A stretch of DNA of 64,000 nt, taken from the NCBI GenBank assembly GCA_964016885.1, contig OZ024740.1, forward strand, positions 163,866,001 to 163,930,000, in the 5' to 3' direction. Below the pieces are notes generated by a model that was not told where the DNA came from, made no database searches, and was given only the letters and a program-made list of their open reading frames with translations. Below, piece by piece: positions 25,295 to 39,284 of the stretch. Numbering within the stretch: the stretch's first letter is position 1; every line of letters starts with the position of its first letter. Made by a program: the position numbers and the translations under genes. The DNA is from Eledone cirrhosa (Eukaryota).

Positions 25295-25424
25295 AATATA
25301 TATTTGTGCGATTGTCTCAAATCATGAAACTGAGAATAAAAGATTCCAAGAACTAAAAGAAATTCTACTCGAAAGACAGTATCCATTGTTATTAATAGAC
25401 AACGGAATATAACGTGCCAAAGCA
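25295..25424 (+). mobile_element. Small internal fragment of a Neptune-like Penelope element
   Basis: Similar to 51590-51715 (CAAGAA.TAAA.GAAATTCTACTCGAA.GACAGTA). Confidence 0.7.
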
Positions 25425-25785
25425 ACCTGACCTGGTGGTTTTGGACAAGGAAAAAAGATCGTGCCTGATTGTGGATGTGGCCTGACCATTCGACACGATA
25501 GCATGACTTAAAGTGGGAGGTAAAAAGGATTTGGAACTGCCATGAAGTCAAAGTGGTCCCGATTGTCATAGGCGCACTAGGTACTATCTCAAAAAGTTTC
25601 CAGGGATGGTTAAAGAAAATTGGCCCCGCCCCGCTTTTTGGAACACTTCAAAAGGCATGCTTGCTGGGAACAGCAAGAACCCTTCGATACGTCCTGAATA
25701 TCTGAGGCCGCAGGTAGTGGCTTGATATTCATTTCAACAAACTTTCCAGTTAAATAACATCAATGACTGAGACTCAAAGAAAAAT
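25424..25785 (+). mobile_element. Dong-B 3' fragment
   Basis: Matches the RLE region and 3' UTR of 30184-30577; (TAA)n tail. Confidence 0.88.
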
Positions 25786-25814
25786 AATAATAATAATAAT
25801 AATAATAAAATATA

Positions 25815-27591
25815 TAAAATGTATAAAATTTTAACATCAGTCCTAACTGGATATACATATGACCACCTGATAACAAATGACCTATTTCCCAATGAGTAGA
25901 AAGGGTGTAAACGAGGCTCATATGGCTGTAAGGATCAGCTTTTGGTTAACAAAATGATACTGGAAGATTGTCATAATAGACACAAAAATCTATCAATTGC
26001 TTGGATAGATTATAAAAAAGCATTCGATAGTTTGCCACACAGTTGGATTGAAAAATGTTTAGAGATTTTCAAAATATCTCCCGTTGTCAAGAGGTTCTTG
26101 TCATTCAGTATGAAGACATGGAAAACGACACTCCTTTTGAATAGTGAAACAAAATCACTGGAAGCTGGAGAAGTTAATATTAATTGTGGAATTTTTCAGG
26201 GTGACTCTTTATCACCGCTTTTATTCTGCATCGCACTTATACCATTAAGTAAAATGCTCAATGAAACAAAACATGGATATAAAGTATATGACAAAACCAT
26301 TAATCACTTGTTCTACATGGATGACCTGAAACTATTTGCAAAAAATGATGAACAATTGCAAGGGCTATTATCCACTGTGGAGCAGTTCAGTGATGACATT
26401 AAAATGGAGTTTGGACTAGATAAATGCGCCAAAGCAACGTTCACCAGAGGAAAGCTGCTGAAAAGTTCAGACATTAATCTTGATCGGGGGAATGTGATAA
26501 GAGAACTTGATCAAGAGGAAACTTACAAACATATAGGTGTTTGTGAAGGAGACGGAATCAAGCACTCGACAATGAGGGAAAGGATAAGGAAGGAATGTTA
26601 CCGCAGAGTAAGAGCAATCTTAAGAACGGAATTGAATGCAAGGAATAGGATCGATGCCATAAACACGCTTACCATACCAGTAGTAACCTACAGTTACAAT
26701 GTCATCAACTGGTCAAGCACAGAGATCCGTAGGCTCGATACAAAAATTAGAATATTCTTAACCATGCACAGAATGCATCACCCTAAGGCAGATACAGATA
26801 GAATATCTGGACTGAAATCGGAGACTGAAGGACTGATTATATCAGCACAAGATCAGTGTCTGCCTACAAAAAGTTACCAACCCAACATAATAAAAAGTGG
26901 ATGCAGCCCATTATGCTGTGTATGTAAAAAACAACCAGAGACCATTGATCATATAATTTCAATGTGCAGTCCTATAGCTCCAACCGAATACCTAAACAGG
27001 CATGACAGAGCTGCACAATACATACATTGGATGATGTGTAAGCATTTTGACCTGCCCCATCAAAAGAAAATATCACATCTCAATCTTGTGGAACTTTAGC
27101 ATTCAAACAGACCGAAAAATAGATGCAAATAGACCTGATATAATACTGAAGGACTTTAAAAAGAGGGTATGCCTACGAATTGATATGTCCGTTCTAATAG
27201 ACAAGAATGTATCTATAAAAACATTTGAAAAATTGAGCAAGTATAAGGACCTGGAGATAGAAATTGGAAAAATGTGGAAATTGAGAACTAAAACAATACC
27301 AGTGGTTGTAGGCGCTCTGGGAATGATACCTAAGGGGTCTAATGATTACATATCGCAAATCCCAGGAAACCCGCGTATAGGAGAAATACAAAAGATAGTA
27401 CTAATGGGAACTGCCCATATACTAAGGAAGATTCTGTCAATATAAGTACATCACAAGTCTAAACACCTAAAGATGCATGTGTGTGTATGTATGTTCTTTC
27501 TTGAACATGGCGGACCTTGTTGTCTCTTGAGGTCACTGGTTGTGACTTGGTGATAACTCGTATGAACATAAAGCAAGATAAATGCAGCTGT
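25815..27591 (+). mobile_element. 5'-truncated Dong-A copy with internal deletions
   Basis: ORFs 25942-27099 and 27047-27445 are nearly identical to 2955-5130; [17 protein letters not shown]. Confidence 0.92.
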
Positions 27592-27606
27592 AATAATAAT
27601 AATAAT

Positions 27607-28216
27607 AAACTGGAACACAATAGACCTGACCTGGTGGTTTTGGACAAGGAAAAAAGATCGTGCCTGATTGTGGATGTGGCCTGCCCATTCGACTAGAGAG
27701 TGCAAGAGAAGGAGAGGGAGAAAATTAACCGATTCCAGGACTTAAAGTGGGAGGTAAAATAGGATTTGGAACTGCCATGAAGTCAAAGTTGTCCCGATTG
27801 TCATAGGCGCACTAGGTACTATCTCAAGGAATTTCCCGGGATGGTTAAAGAAGATTAGTCCAGCCCCGCTTTTTGGAACACTTCAAAAGGCATGCTTGCT
27901 GGGAACAGCAAGAACCCTCCGATACGTCCTGAATATCGGAGACTGCAGGTAGCAGCTTGATATTCATTTCAACAAACTTTCCAGTTAAATAACTGTTTCT
28001 ACTTTAGGCACAAGGCCAGCAATTACCCAGTGCATTACTGGTACTTTATTTTATCGACCCCGTAAGGATGAAAGGCAAAGTCAACCTCGGCGGGATTTGA
28101 ACTCAGATCGTAAAGGGACGTAACTATGCTGGAAAGCATGGCGTCCGACCCTCTACCGATACTGCCAATCCACCACCCTTCCAGTTTAATAACATCAATG
28201 ACTGAGACTCAAAGAA
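27607..28216 (+). mobile_element. Dong-B 3' fragment interrupted by a SINE-A (27993-28177, -)
   Basis: CTTTCCAGTTAAATAAC and CTTCCAGTTTAATAAC form a target duplication around the SINE. Confidence 0.85.
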
Positions 28217-28217
28217 C

Positions 28218-28283
<66 letters not shown>

Positions 28284-28286
<3 letters not shown>

Positions 28287-28437
28287 GCTTTTTGGAACGC
28301 TTCAAAAGGCATGCTTGCTTGGAACGGCAAGAACCCTCCGATACGTCCTGAATATCTGAGGCTGCAGGTAGTGGCTTGATATTCAATCCAACGGACTTTC
28401 CAGTTAACCAACATCAATGACTGAGATTCAAGGAATA
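28284..28437 (+). mobile_element. Very short Dong-B 3' end
   Basis: Near identical to 30425-30577; lies between (TAA)n tracts. Confidence 0.88.
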
Positions 28438-28439
28438 AC

Positions 28440-28493
<54 letters not shown>

Positions 28494-28507
28494 CCACAGT
28501 TCTGATA

Positions 28508-30499
28508 ATGAAAGACCGAATCAAGGGTAATGATGTTACCAACTATAGACCTATCACATGTCTGCCCGTAATGTGGAAACTGTTGACGAGCATTGTGTCT
28601 GAGGAAATCTACCATCACCTCCACACAAACAACTTGTTACCGGACGAACAGAAAGGATGCCGAAAGAAGTCACGTGGTACAAAGGACCAGTTGCTTATTG
28701 ATAAGATGGTAATGGGGAATTGCAGGAGGAGACACACTGATCTTGCCATGGGATGGATAGACTACAGAAAGGCATTTGACATGGTGCCTCATTCCTGGAT
28801 CACCAAAAGCCTGGAGATCTTCAGGGTGGCAGATAACATCAGACAGTTGCTAGGCAGGAGTATGGGGTCCTGGGAGACAGAGCTGACATCAACTGGAGTA
28901 TCCTTGGGAAGCGTGAAGATCAAGAGAGGTATCTTCCAGGGAGATAGCCTGTCCCCTCTGTTGTTTGTCCTTGCCCTGATGCCCTTGACCATTATGCTGC
29001 GAAAAGTGAGAGCAGGATACAAGTTGGGAAGGGGAGAGCTTACCATCAATCACCTCCTCTTCATGGACGATCTTAAGCTCTTCGGGAAAAGTGAGAAGGA
29101 GTTGGATGTGCTTGTTGACACTGTCCGTATTTTCAGCAGTGATATATGTATGCAGTTTGGTATTGGTAAATGTGGAGTCATTGTGATGAAGAGGGGTAGG
29201 TTGAGCAGAAGTAACGGGATCCAGATACCAACAGGTGAGATGATAAAGGAAATTGACTCTGAGGAAGGATACAAGTATTTGGGCGTTCTGGAGGCTGATG
29301 GCATAAAGAACAAAAAAATGAAGGAATTGTTAAGAACTGAATACATTCGGAGAGTAAGGAGCGTATTGAAGTCACATCTGAACAGCAGAAATGCCATAAG
29401 CGCAGTAAATTCCCGAGCTGTGTCTATTATTAGGTACAGTGCGGGAATTCTGAGATGGAATGTTGCTGAACAAAAAGAAATGGATAGGAAGACTAGGAAG
29501 CTATTGACTATCTACAACATGTTCCACAAGAGGAGTGATGTCGATAGACTCTACCTAAGGAGATCTGAGGGTGGAAGAGGTCTTATCAGCATAGAGGACT
29601 GTGTTCAGATGGAGAAAAACAACCTATACAAATACGTGACCTATAGTAAGGAGCCAATGCTCAGAACTGTACTGAAGGAGGGGACAGTAGGCCAGGGGAT
29701 GTCCAAGGAGGAAATAACATCAAGGAGGAAGAGCAACCTTCATGAAAAATCCCTTCATAGTACCTTCTTTGAGAAAACTGAATTTAGAGATCCACAGACA
29801 TGGAACTGGTTGAGAAGAGGAGACCTCAAAAAGGCTACAGAAGGAATGCTAATGGCTGCGCAGGAGCAGGCCCTCAAAACGAAGTGGTTGAAGCACCATA
29901 TCTACAAGGAGGAGGCTAGCCCACTGTGCAGGATCTGTGGAGAGAGAGAGGAGACTGTGGCTCACATTGTGTCCGAGTGTAAACACCTAGCCCAGACCCA
30001 CTATAAGGGCTGGAGACACGATGTGATGGGCAGGGTGATCCACTGGCACCTGTGCAAAGTAAACAATCTACCACATTCTGAGAAATGGTATGAGCATAGG
30101 CCAGAGGCGGTGATGGAGAACAATCAGGTGAAGGTGCTGTGGGATTTTAGGATACAGACGGACAAAAAACTGGAACACAATAGACCTGACCTGGTGGTTG
30201 TGGACAAAGAAAAAAGATCGTGCCTGATTGTGGATGTGGCCTGCCCGTTCGACACGAGAGTGCAAGAGAAGGAGAGGGAGAAAATTAACCGATACCAGGA
30301 CCTAAAGTGGGAGGTGAAAAGGATTTGGAACTGCCATGAAGTCAAAGTGATCCCGATTGTCATAGGCGCACTGGGGACTATCTCCAAAAGTTTCCAGGGA
30401 TGGTTAAAGAAAATCGGCCCCTTCACGCTTTTTGGAACGCTTCAAAAGGCATGCTTGCTTGGAACAGCAAGAACCCTCCGATACGTCCTGAATATCTGA
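28508..30499 (+). CDS. R4/Dong-type RT, CCHC zinc motif and restriction-like endonuclease (Dong-B); 5'-truncated but uninterrupted, 663 aa
   Basis: [42 protein letters not shown]...C, RPDL..D; element spans about 28491-30577. Confidence 0.9.
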   Translation: MKDRIKGNDVTNYRPITCLPVMWKLLTSIVSEEIYHHLHTNNLLPDEQKGCRKKSRGTKDQLLIDKMVMGNCRRRHTDLAMGWIDYRKAFDMVPHSWITKSLEIFRVADNIRQLLGRSMGSWETELTSTGVSLGSVKIKRGIFQGDSLSPLLFVLALMPLTIMLRKVRAGYKLGRGELTINHLLFMDDLKLFGKSEKELDVLVDTVRIFSSDICMQFGIGKCGVIVMKRGRLSRSNGIQIPTGEMIKEIDSEEGYKYLGVLEADGIKNKKMKELLRTEYIRRVRSVLKSHLNSRNAISAVNSRAVSIIRYSAGILRWNVAEQKEMDRKTRKLLTIYNMFHKRSDVDRLYLRRSEGGRGLISIEDCVQMEKNNLYKYVTYSKEPMLRTVLKEGTVGQGMSKEEITSRRKSNLHEKSLHSTFFEKTEFRDPQTWNWLRRGDLKKATEGMLMAAQEQALKTKWLKHHIYKEEASPLCRICGEREETVAHIVSECKHLAQTHYKGWRHDVMGRVIHWHLCKVNNLPHSEKWYEHRPEAVMENNQVKVLWDFRIQTDKKLEHNRPDLVVVDKEKRSCLIVDVACPFDTRVQEKEREKINRYQDLKWEVKRIWNCHEVKVIPIVIGALGTISKSFQGWLKKIGPFTLFGTLQKACLLGTARTLRYVLNI

Positions 30500-30585
30500 G
30501 GCTGCAGGTAGTGGCTTGATATTCAATCCAACGGACTTTCCAGTTAACCAACATCAATGACTGAGATTCAAGGAATAACAATAAC

Positions 30586-30616
<31 letters not shown>

Positions 30617-30618
<2 letters not shown>

Positions 30619-32430
30619 TCGACATGGTACCTCATTCTTGGATAACTAAAAGCCTAGACATCTTCAAGGTGGCAGATAACATTAGACAGTTGTTGAGCAA
30701 AAGTATGAAGTCATGGGAAACAGAGTTAACATCGAGTGGAGAATCCTTGGGAGGCAAGAAGATCAAGAGAGGTATTTTCCAGGGAGATAGTTTGTCTCCT
30801 CTGTTGTTTGTCCTTGCCCTGATACCCCTGACCATTATACTACGAAAAGTGAGAGCAGGATACAAGTTGGGAAAAGGAGAGCTTACCATCAACCACCTCC
30901 TCTTCATGGACGATCTTAAACTCTTTGGGAAGAGTGAGAAGGAGTTGGATGTACTTGTTGACACTGTCCGTATTTTCAGCAGTGATATATGTATGCAATT
31001 TGGTATTAATAAGTGTGGAGTCCTAGTGAAGAAGAGGGGTAAATTGAGCATAAGCAACGGAATCCAGGTACCAACAGGTGAGATGATAAAGGAAATTGAC
31101 ACTGAAGAAGAATACAAATATTTAGGTGTTCTGGAGGCTGATGACATCAAGAACAAAAAAATGAAGGAATTGATAAGATCTGAGTACATTAGGAGAGTAA
31201 GGAGCGTATTAAAATCACAGCTAAATAGTAGGAATGTCATAAGTGCAGTGAATTCCCGAGCTGTGTCTATTATTAGGTACAGTGCGGGAATTCTGAGATG
31301 GAATGTTGCTGAACAAAAGAAATGGATAGGAAGACTAGGAAGCTATTGACTATCTACAACATGTTCCACAAAAGGAGTGATGTCGATAGACTCTACTTAA
31401 AGAGATCTGAAGGTGGAAGAGGTCTTATCAGCATAGAAGGCTGTGTTCAGATGGAGAAAAACAACCTGCACAAATACGTGACTGACAGTAGGGAGCCAAT
31501 GCTCTGAATTGTACTGAAGGAGAGGACAATAGACCAGGGGATGTCCAAGGAGGAAATAACAACAAGGAGGAAGAGCAACCTTCATGAAAAATCCCTTCAT
31601 AGTACCTTCTTTCAGAAAACTGAATTTAGAGATCCACAGACATGGAACTGGTTAAAAAGAGGAGACCTTAAAAAAGCTACAGAAAGAATGCTAATGGCTG
31701 CGCAAGAGCAGGCTCTCATAACAAAGTGGGTGAAACACCATATTTACAAGGGGGAGGCTAGCCCACTGTGTAGGATCTGTGGGGAGAGAGAGAGAGAGAG
31801 AGGAGACTGTGGCTCACATTGTATCCGAGTGTAAACACCTAGCCCAGACTCACTATAAAAGGCTGGAGACATGATGTGATGGGCAGGGTGATCCACTGGC
31901 ACCTATGCAAAGTAAACAATTTACCACATTCTGAGAAGTGGTATGAGCATAAGCCAGAGTCGGTGATAGAAAACAATCAGGTGAAGGTGCTATGGGATTT
32001 TAGGATACAGACGGACAAGAAACTGGAACACAATAGGCCTGAGCTGGTGGTTTTGGACAAGGAAAAAAAATCGTGCCTGATTGTAGATATAGCCTTCCCA
32101 TTTGACACGAGAGTGCAAGAAAAGGAGAGGGAGAAAATTAACCGATACCAAGACTTAAAGTGGGAGGTAAAAAGGATTTGGAACTGCCATGAAGTCAGAG
32201 TCGTCCCGATTGTCATAGGCGCACTAAGTACTATCTCAAAGAGTTTCCAGGGATGGTTAAAGAAAATTAGTCAAGCCCCGCTATTTGGAACACTTAAAAA
32301 GGCATGCTTGCTGGGAACAGCAAGAACCCTCCGATACGTCCTGAATATCTGAAGCTGCATGTAGCGGCTTGATATTAATTTCAACAAACTTTCCAGTTAA
32401 ATAACATCAATGACTGAGACTCAAAGAATA
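30617..32430 (+). mobile_element. Second 5'-truncated Dong-B copy, frameshifted
   Basis: ORF pieces 30624-31349, 31322-31507, 31541-31834 and 31876-32352 parallel the 663-aa ORF. Confidence 0.9.
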
Positions 32431-32437
32431 TTAATAA

Positions 32438-32620
32438 TAATTGTTTCTACTTTAGGCACAAGGCCAGCAATTACCCAGTGCATTACTGGTACTTTATTTT
32501 ATCGACCCCGTAAGGATGAAAGGCAAAGTCAACCTCGGCGGGATTTGAACTCAGATCATAAAGGGACGTAACTATGCTGGAAAGCATGGCGTCCGACTCT
32601 CTACCGATACTGCCAATCCA
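32438..32620 (-). mobile_element. tRNA-derived SINE-A
   Basis: Near identical to the 20491-20680 unit. Confidence 0.88.
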
Positions 32621-32656
32621 CAATAATAATAATGATAATAATAATGATAATGATGA

Positions 32657-32941
<285 letters not shown>

Positions 32942-33516
32942 ATATATATATGTATATGTACATATACATCCACACAATTTCCGTGTGGGTGTATATATAG
33001 ATAATAGAATTGAAACAATGTAAATGTTGTGAAGTAGGTGAGAGCTAATTCTACGACTACCGTGAAATTGGAAAACTATGGGAACACTTACTACTATAAT
33101 AAAAGCCAAGATGTACAGACAGCAACATTTGTTAATCTGCCAAATACGTAAAAATACAAAAGAAACTGTAATATGAAATTCAATTTAGTTGGTCACACCG
33201 ATATAAATATGAAAATATGGCATAGTAAGACAAACCATAGGAAAGACAAAATAAAAATAAAACCAAACATTATCAGATTAGCAACTAAAAGACATCACAA
33301 AGCACCCAGCGACACCTTTTAAGATAACAAAAGAAACAACATTGTACTTACACCACGATATAGACATATTTGTATAAACAAACAAATGTAGCTTACAAGA
33401 ATACAGTAATATATCAGACAAAACAACATTCTTCGAAGAAGTAGAAAATCACAAGAGAATTAACTAAAATAAATAACAAATATCGTAACCACAGCAATAC
33501 CATATATGTAGAAGAG

Positions 33517-33584
<68 letters not shown>

Positions 33585-33690
33585 GAGAGTGTTGTAATTT
33601 GCTTGAATCATTGTGGGAAGGATAAGTAACGGTGTCTTGAAAGTCGGTACAATTGTAGCGACTTCTAGGACACAACCACACACACATATA

Positions 33691-33791
33691 CAGGGTGTCC
33701 CCTAAAAATATTTACTCACTTTGATTGCCTGTACAGGCAATAGTTATTAGAATGCTGTTGTAGTGTGTATAAATGTTTTTGGGACACTCTG
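33691..33791. mobile_element. Tc1/mariner-type MITE
   Basis: TA-CAGGGTGTCC..GGACACTCTG-TA; reverse-complement relative of 14804-14904. Confidence 0.82.
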
Positions 33792-34635
33792 TATATGAGG
33801 TGGTGGGAAACTGAATCGATTGAGCGTCGGAGGATCATAATTCTGACGCAAATCAGTTTACATTCTGACTTCATTTTCTGCCCAGATCATCCTTGCAAGT
33901 TTGATACAATAAGTACCAGGCATGCATAAAGGCCAATATAATAGACTGTACCATTGAAGACTTTGACACATTATGGCCACAGTCTAATGAGTGAAACCAG
34001 TACCGTTGCGTAAGAATACGATCGCGAAAATAAGCGACCGAAATGGAGTTACTCCTAAGGGTCCTTGGTTGGGCGTGGAAGGCTGGGAAGATGGTCGGTG
34101 GTGATAGTGGAATTAGATACCATCTCTGGTTCAAGCTGGTTGTTCTTGTTAAAATCCCGGAGGTGTATATTATTTAACCCTATAATGAAGCAGGAAATAA
34201 TGTTTATTGCAGACATGCGGTACCTACAACTAGGAGTATAACCAATTTTTCTTCTTCCCTGTTAAACATTTTTCTTGTCTCCTTTCTGATGAAGTGCAAT
34301 CACAGACATGTAATGCATACGAATGAACATTGTACAATGTAGTCAGCGGGCGTAGAGTGTTCCGTAATTGTATATAAACATATGTAAAAAATTGAACACA
34401 ATAAATTTCTCCTTCTATCTACATCTTCCGGCCTAGCTGTTCCCGATTTTTTACTGGTACCATATCTCTATACTTATATAAGTATCTGTTAGAACACGAA
34501 AAGTATGAAACAACAGAATGTTCACTTTTCGTGTTCTAACATATATGCCTAACTTCTTCATAAATTTTCCGGGGATAGCCGTGGTGGTGGTGATCGTATG
34601 TCATTGGCTAATTTTCAACCAATCAGAGTAAGTGT

Positions 34636-34705
<70 letters not shown>

Positions 34706-34715
34706 ATCTATCTAT

Positions 34716-36593
34716 CTAAGGCGGGTAAAATTCCCGAGATCCATGGACGAGTTCTCTCCAGCGGTCTCTGTCCCTCATTATCGCTGCCATGTCCTGCGTC
34801 TCCAACAGACCAGTGTCTGTCCTTAGGGCATCAACATATGTTAACCTTGGTCTTCCTCTTCCAGTGTGTCCATGTAGGGGCTCCCAAAGGAGCACGGAGT
34901 GCAATGTCAACTCTGGATGTCGGTGAGCATGTCCAGCCAACCTCAGTCTCCTCTGTGTCACTTTTGAGCTGACTTTTGGGAGGCTCCCATACAGCTCTGA
35001 GTTTTTCATCCTCAGTGTATACTGATTAATGTTCAGAGCCATCCTCAGCATTCTCGTGTAGCACCCATCCACCATCTGAGTGAGTCTCTTGGTCAGTGTC
35101 CAAGTCTCAGACCCACACAGCAGCACAGACTCCACTACAGCAATGAAGAGGCGGATTTTCAGGTCTCTACGAAGGTCCGACTTCCACACCGATCTCAAGC
35201 TGTGGCACGCCGCCCAGGCCTTGCTCTTCCTCTCAACCACATCATCTTCCGTATTCCCAATCTTTGCTCCCAAATACAGGAAGTCCTCAACCAATTCCAG
35301 CGGCTTCCCGCCTACATTAGTGATCCCCTCTGGCTTCTCAACATTCTCTACCAGATATTTTGTTTTAGTCTCATTCATTCTCAGCCCCACACTCATCGAC
35401 ACAGTCTCAACCTCCCGCATCAAATCCTCTGCCTCCTTCACTGTATTTGTCACCAAAACTATGTCGTCGGCAAATTCAGCATCCGATACCTTTTTCGCCC
35501 CAACTCTCCTGCTCTGAGCCGGTGCTACAGTAAAGCCAGAGTCCTGGTGTTTCTCCAGTGCAAGGCGCATACAATAGTCCACTACGATGATAAAAAGGTA
35601 GGGAGCCAATGTATCTCCCTGGAGCACTCCAGCCAGTATCTCAAAGAACTCTGTCATCCCATCAGGTGTAATGACTTGGGCTTTGGTGTTGGTGTAGAGC
35701 AGTGATATCAGGTCCACTATCCTCTTGGGGATTCCATAAGCCTGTAAGATCTTCATCAGGCAGTAACGGTCCACAGAATCAAAGGCCTTCCTAAAGTCAA
35801 TGAAAATCATGACCGCAGGAAGGCACTTTGCTCTAGCTCCCTCTAATATCCTCCTCAGCATCAGGATGTGACTGGTGGTTGATCTACCCTCTCTGAAGCC
35901 GTTCTGGTTGTCCCTGAGCTTCTTCTCCATCTCAGGCTGGATCCTGTTAAGAATCATCCTGTTGAGGGTCTTTGCCACAAGTGACGTCAGTGAGATCCCT
36001 CGGTAGTTGTTGGTGTTAGAGAGATCTCCCTTCTTTGGCACTGGGACGATGTTACTGATCCTCCACTGATTCGGGGCAACTCCTTTCTCCAGTGCCCCGT
36101 TACAGAACCCCAGGATGATATCATCAAAATCACACCACTTCATCACCTCTGATGCTACTCCATCTTCTCCATGAGCCTTGCCCTCCTTGATCTTCTTCTT
36201 GGCTCTCTGAAGCTCCTCTCTGGTGAAGGGCTCTGTCTCAACATCCAGTTCCTCAAACAGCCGCCTGATCTCCCCAGTGCTCTGGGCTGTGGAGGGTGGC
36301 TCTCCTAGTAGGGTCCTAAAATGGTCTAGCCATTTCCTCTTCCTATCCTCGGGCCCCGTTCCCTGGATCTGACTCGAACACCTTTTCTTCCTCCCTGTGA
36401 TCTCGTTGATGATCATCCAGCTCTCCTTACATCCAGATCTGTCAACCGCTCTCTCCACACTTCTGATCTTCTCTATCAGTGCCTCCTCTCTGACCTCAGT
36501 GTAAGCGGTACAGAGCTCTTCCCTCATCACCTCCACAGTCTCCATCCTCTCCTCCGTAGGATCAGCATAGAATTGGTCCCTGGCAGCTTTCAG
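34716..36593 (-). mobile_element. RTE-clade LINE, 3' part (RT domain; open 609-aa ORF 36545-34716)
   Basis: KAHGEDG, NYRGISL, QNGFR, DFRKAFDS, GVLQGDTLAP, FADD, RLRLAGH, GRPR; the ORF ends at the (TAGA)n/(TA)n tail. Confidence 0.92.
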
Positions 36594-36637
<44 letters not shown>

Positions 36638-37010
36638 TATTCCCCCTCTCTCTATATATATCTTACGCTTTCGCTTTACACTCCTCCCCTTCAATAACAC
36701 ATTTCCCCCTCTCTATATATCTCTTATACTGTTACACTTATATTTCCATTTATTTATTACCCCCTCTCTCTATATCTCTTCCACTGTTACTTACGCCTGT
36801 TTCTCTCTATCTGTTCCGTCTCTATATATATCTCTCTTACTCTTTCGCTTTGCACTCCTCCCCTTCGATACCATCTCTCCCCCTCTCTATATATTTGTTA
36901 CTCTATCGCTGCACGCTCCTCTCCTTCAATATATCAATTACACACTTACGCTTTACACTCCTTTATCCCCAGCGCCCCTATATATACCCCCCCCGCATCT
37001 ATATTTTAAT
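36638..37010. repeat. Degenerate pyrimidine-rich minisatellite (units containing CCCCTCTCTATATATCT)
   Basis: Motif recurs roughly every 55-65 bp. Confidence 0.65.
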
Positions 37011-38022
37011 GTTCCGTTGCACCGTGAATATATGTGTCTATATATATATACATATATATTGTATATACACATTCATGTATGTGTATACACACTCATGTAT
37101 GTATATACACTGGTTTTATGTGTGTATTGTAAATTTGTACTGTTAAAACACGAAACTAACATTCGATTGACACTTTGATTACCTGTACAGGCAATAGTTA
37201 TTAGAATGCTGTTGAAGTGTGTATATATTTTTGGGGGACATCCTGTATATACACACATTATATATAATACAATAAACAGATAAATACACACATATATATA
37301 TGAGCTTATTTAATTATAAATATTGTGAATTTTTAACTCAGTTCAATTATATATATAAATGGCTTCTACAGGACTAGAACTGTTTCATTCGAAAGAAATC
37401 ATCATAATATTGAGAGGGAGGACTAGATAAAATATTTCAAATCAAATGTGTATAAGTTATAAGTTAAAATGTATAAATAGAGACGATAGTGGAAGTATAT
37501 CTGTTTAGTGGAACAGTAGACGATAGAATTAAATACAGACGAGAATCTCCCTTTAATGAAACAGCAGACGATAGAATTAAGGCAATTTAAATTTTAAGCA
37601 TTTGCATTTTTGCCTTTCATCGTTACGGGGTCGATAAAATAAAGTACCAGTAATACACTGTCACTATAAGTAGACGACTTTCAAATTGAATTGTTGGTTC
37701 CATTTCTTTAGTATTTTCAATTGTAGTTATCTACTTAAAAAGCGTTACACGGTTAGAGACATAATTGGTAAGTTATATCTTCCCTATTAAACCATTGCAT
37801 TATTTCGCCTACAATAGAACAAAATTGAAATGTTCTTTAAAGAAACAGGAATATAACTTTATAAAAAAAAAAGTTGCATCCGCTTCTTTTATCATTGATA
37901 ATTTTTTCGTTTTAATATTAATTGTTTTTTGTAGTTGTTTATATTAAAAATCTTACTGTAATATTTACTTAAACGAAGGCAGACATCTAAACTTATAGAT
38001 TAATCTTGAGCGAAGGACTAGA

Positions 38023-38111
<89 letters not shown>

Positions 38112-38113
<2 letters not shown>

Positions 38114-38312
38114 GAAGAATGATAAAATTTCAAGCAAAGAGTTTAATTAGGTAATGACTTACAAATTTGTTTCAGTATATATTTAATATAATATTAATAT
38201 ATTTTGTAATATTATTATAATTAGCGCTTCAGGCTTTGTCTATATACTGAAACAAATTTGTAAGTCATTACCTAATTAAACTCTTTGCTTGAAATTTTAT
38301 CACTCTTCGTTT
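38112..38312. repeat. Fold-back inverted repeat (about 70-bp arms) with a GAAACAAATTTGTA half-hammerhead
   Basis: 38112-38181 versus 38241-38312. Confidence 0.85.
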
Positions 38313-38396
38313 TGAATTTCTCCTAAGTATTCAATACTCTGTTGAGAAATACATTTTACATAAACAGTCTTTGTACCATTTATACGGTATTAATTA

Positions 38397-38453
<57 letters not shown>

Positions 38454-38514
38454 CGTATGATTAGAACTGTGTTTATTATTAATATTTTAATGGATTTAAT
38501 GAAAAATTTTAGGT

Positions 38515-38592
38515 GTTCATATATATATTCTAAAAATGCGCGAAATCGTGAATCCGCGATAGTTGAACCGCCAAGTAGCGAGGTATCACTGT
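38515..38592 (-). mobile_element. Probable Tc1/pogo-type transposon end
   Basis: Minus strand reads TA-CAGTGATACCTCGCTAC..ATCGCGGATTCACG; the partner end was not found. Confidence 0.45.
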
Positions 38593-39284
38593 ATATATGT
38601 TTAAATATATAGTGTAGCTGTGATGTATCTCGCGAATGAATCAAGACCTGTCACTGATTTTGGTGTCCCCACTGCCGATGTGAATGAGCAACGCTGCACT
38701 TGTGAATTGGGTCTTGATGTTGCAGGCAGTTCATATACTTACAATGATGCGGTCCCACAAGCTTGTTCACATTCCTGTGCTAATAATCTAGATGGGCGTA
38801 TTAAATTGGATGTGAAAGCAGCTTACCGGATGCGGAATCGGGAGAAGTTGAGACAAAAACAGGCCGATTATAGAGCTGTGAATTTTGCTAAATTAACACA
38901 AAAACAGGCCAAGTATAGATGTTCAAAACGGTATGAGTTGGCAAACAAGCAGGCCAAGTATAGATCTGCAAATTCAGCTATTATATCTCAAAAGCAAGCC
39001 GAGCGTAGAGCTTCTAAACGTACCGAGTTGGCTAAAGAGCAGACCAAGTACAGATCTGCAAATATCTTATTGCACAAACAATAATTCTGCACAAATGTTG
39101 CTCCATTATTAGATCTAATGTTGCAACGATACAGTTAAATGTTGTCTGTGTATTTTAAAAAAGATTTGCTTATAATCTTTTCAAATTTCATTACGCCAAT
39201 GATTCAAGCTCAAATTGACATTATCTAAAAAATTGTACAAACAGCGGTGGATTAGCAGTAGTGAACAGATAAATCAGTCAATTT

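Noticed and set aside
34280-34335. CTGATGA followed by a weak stem
   Set aside because: GAAA and stem III are missing
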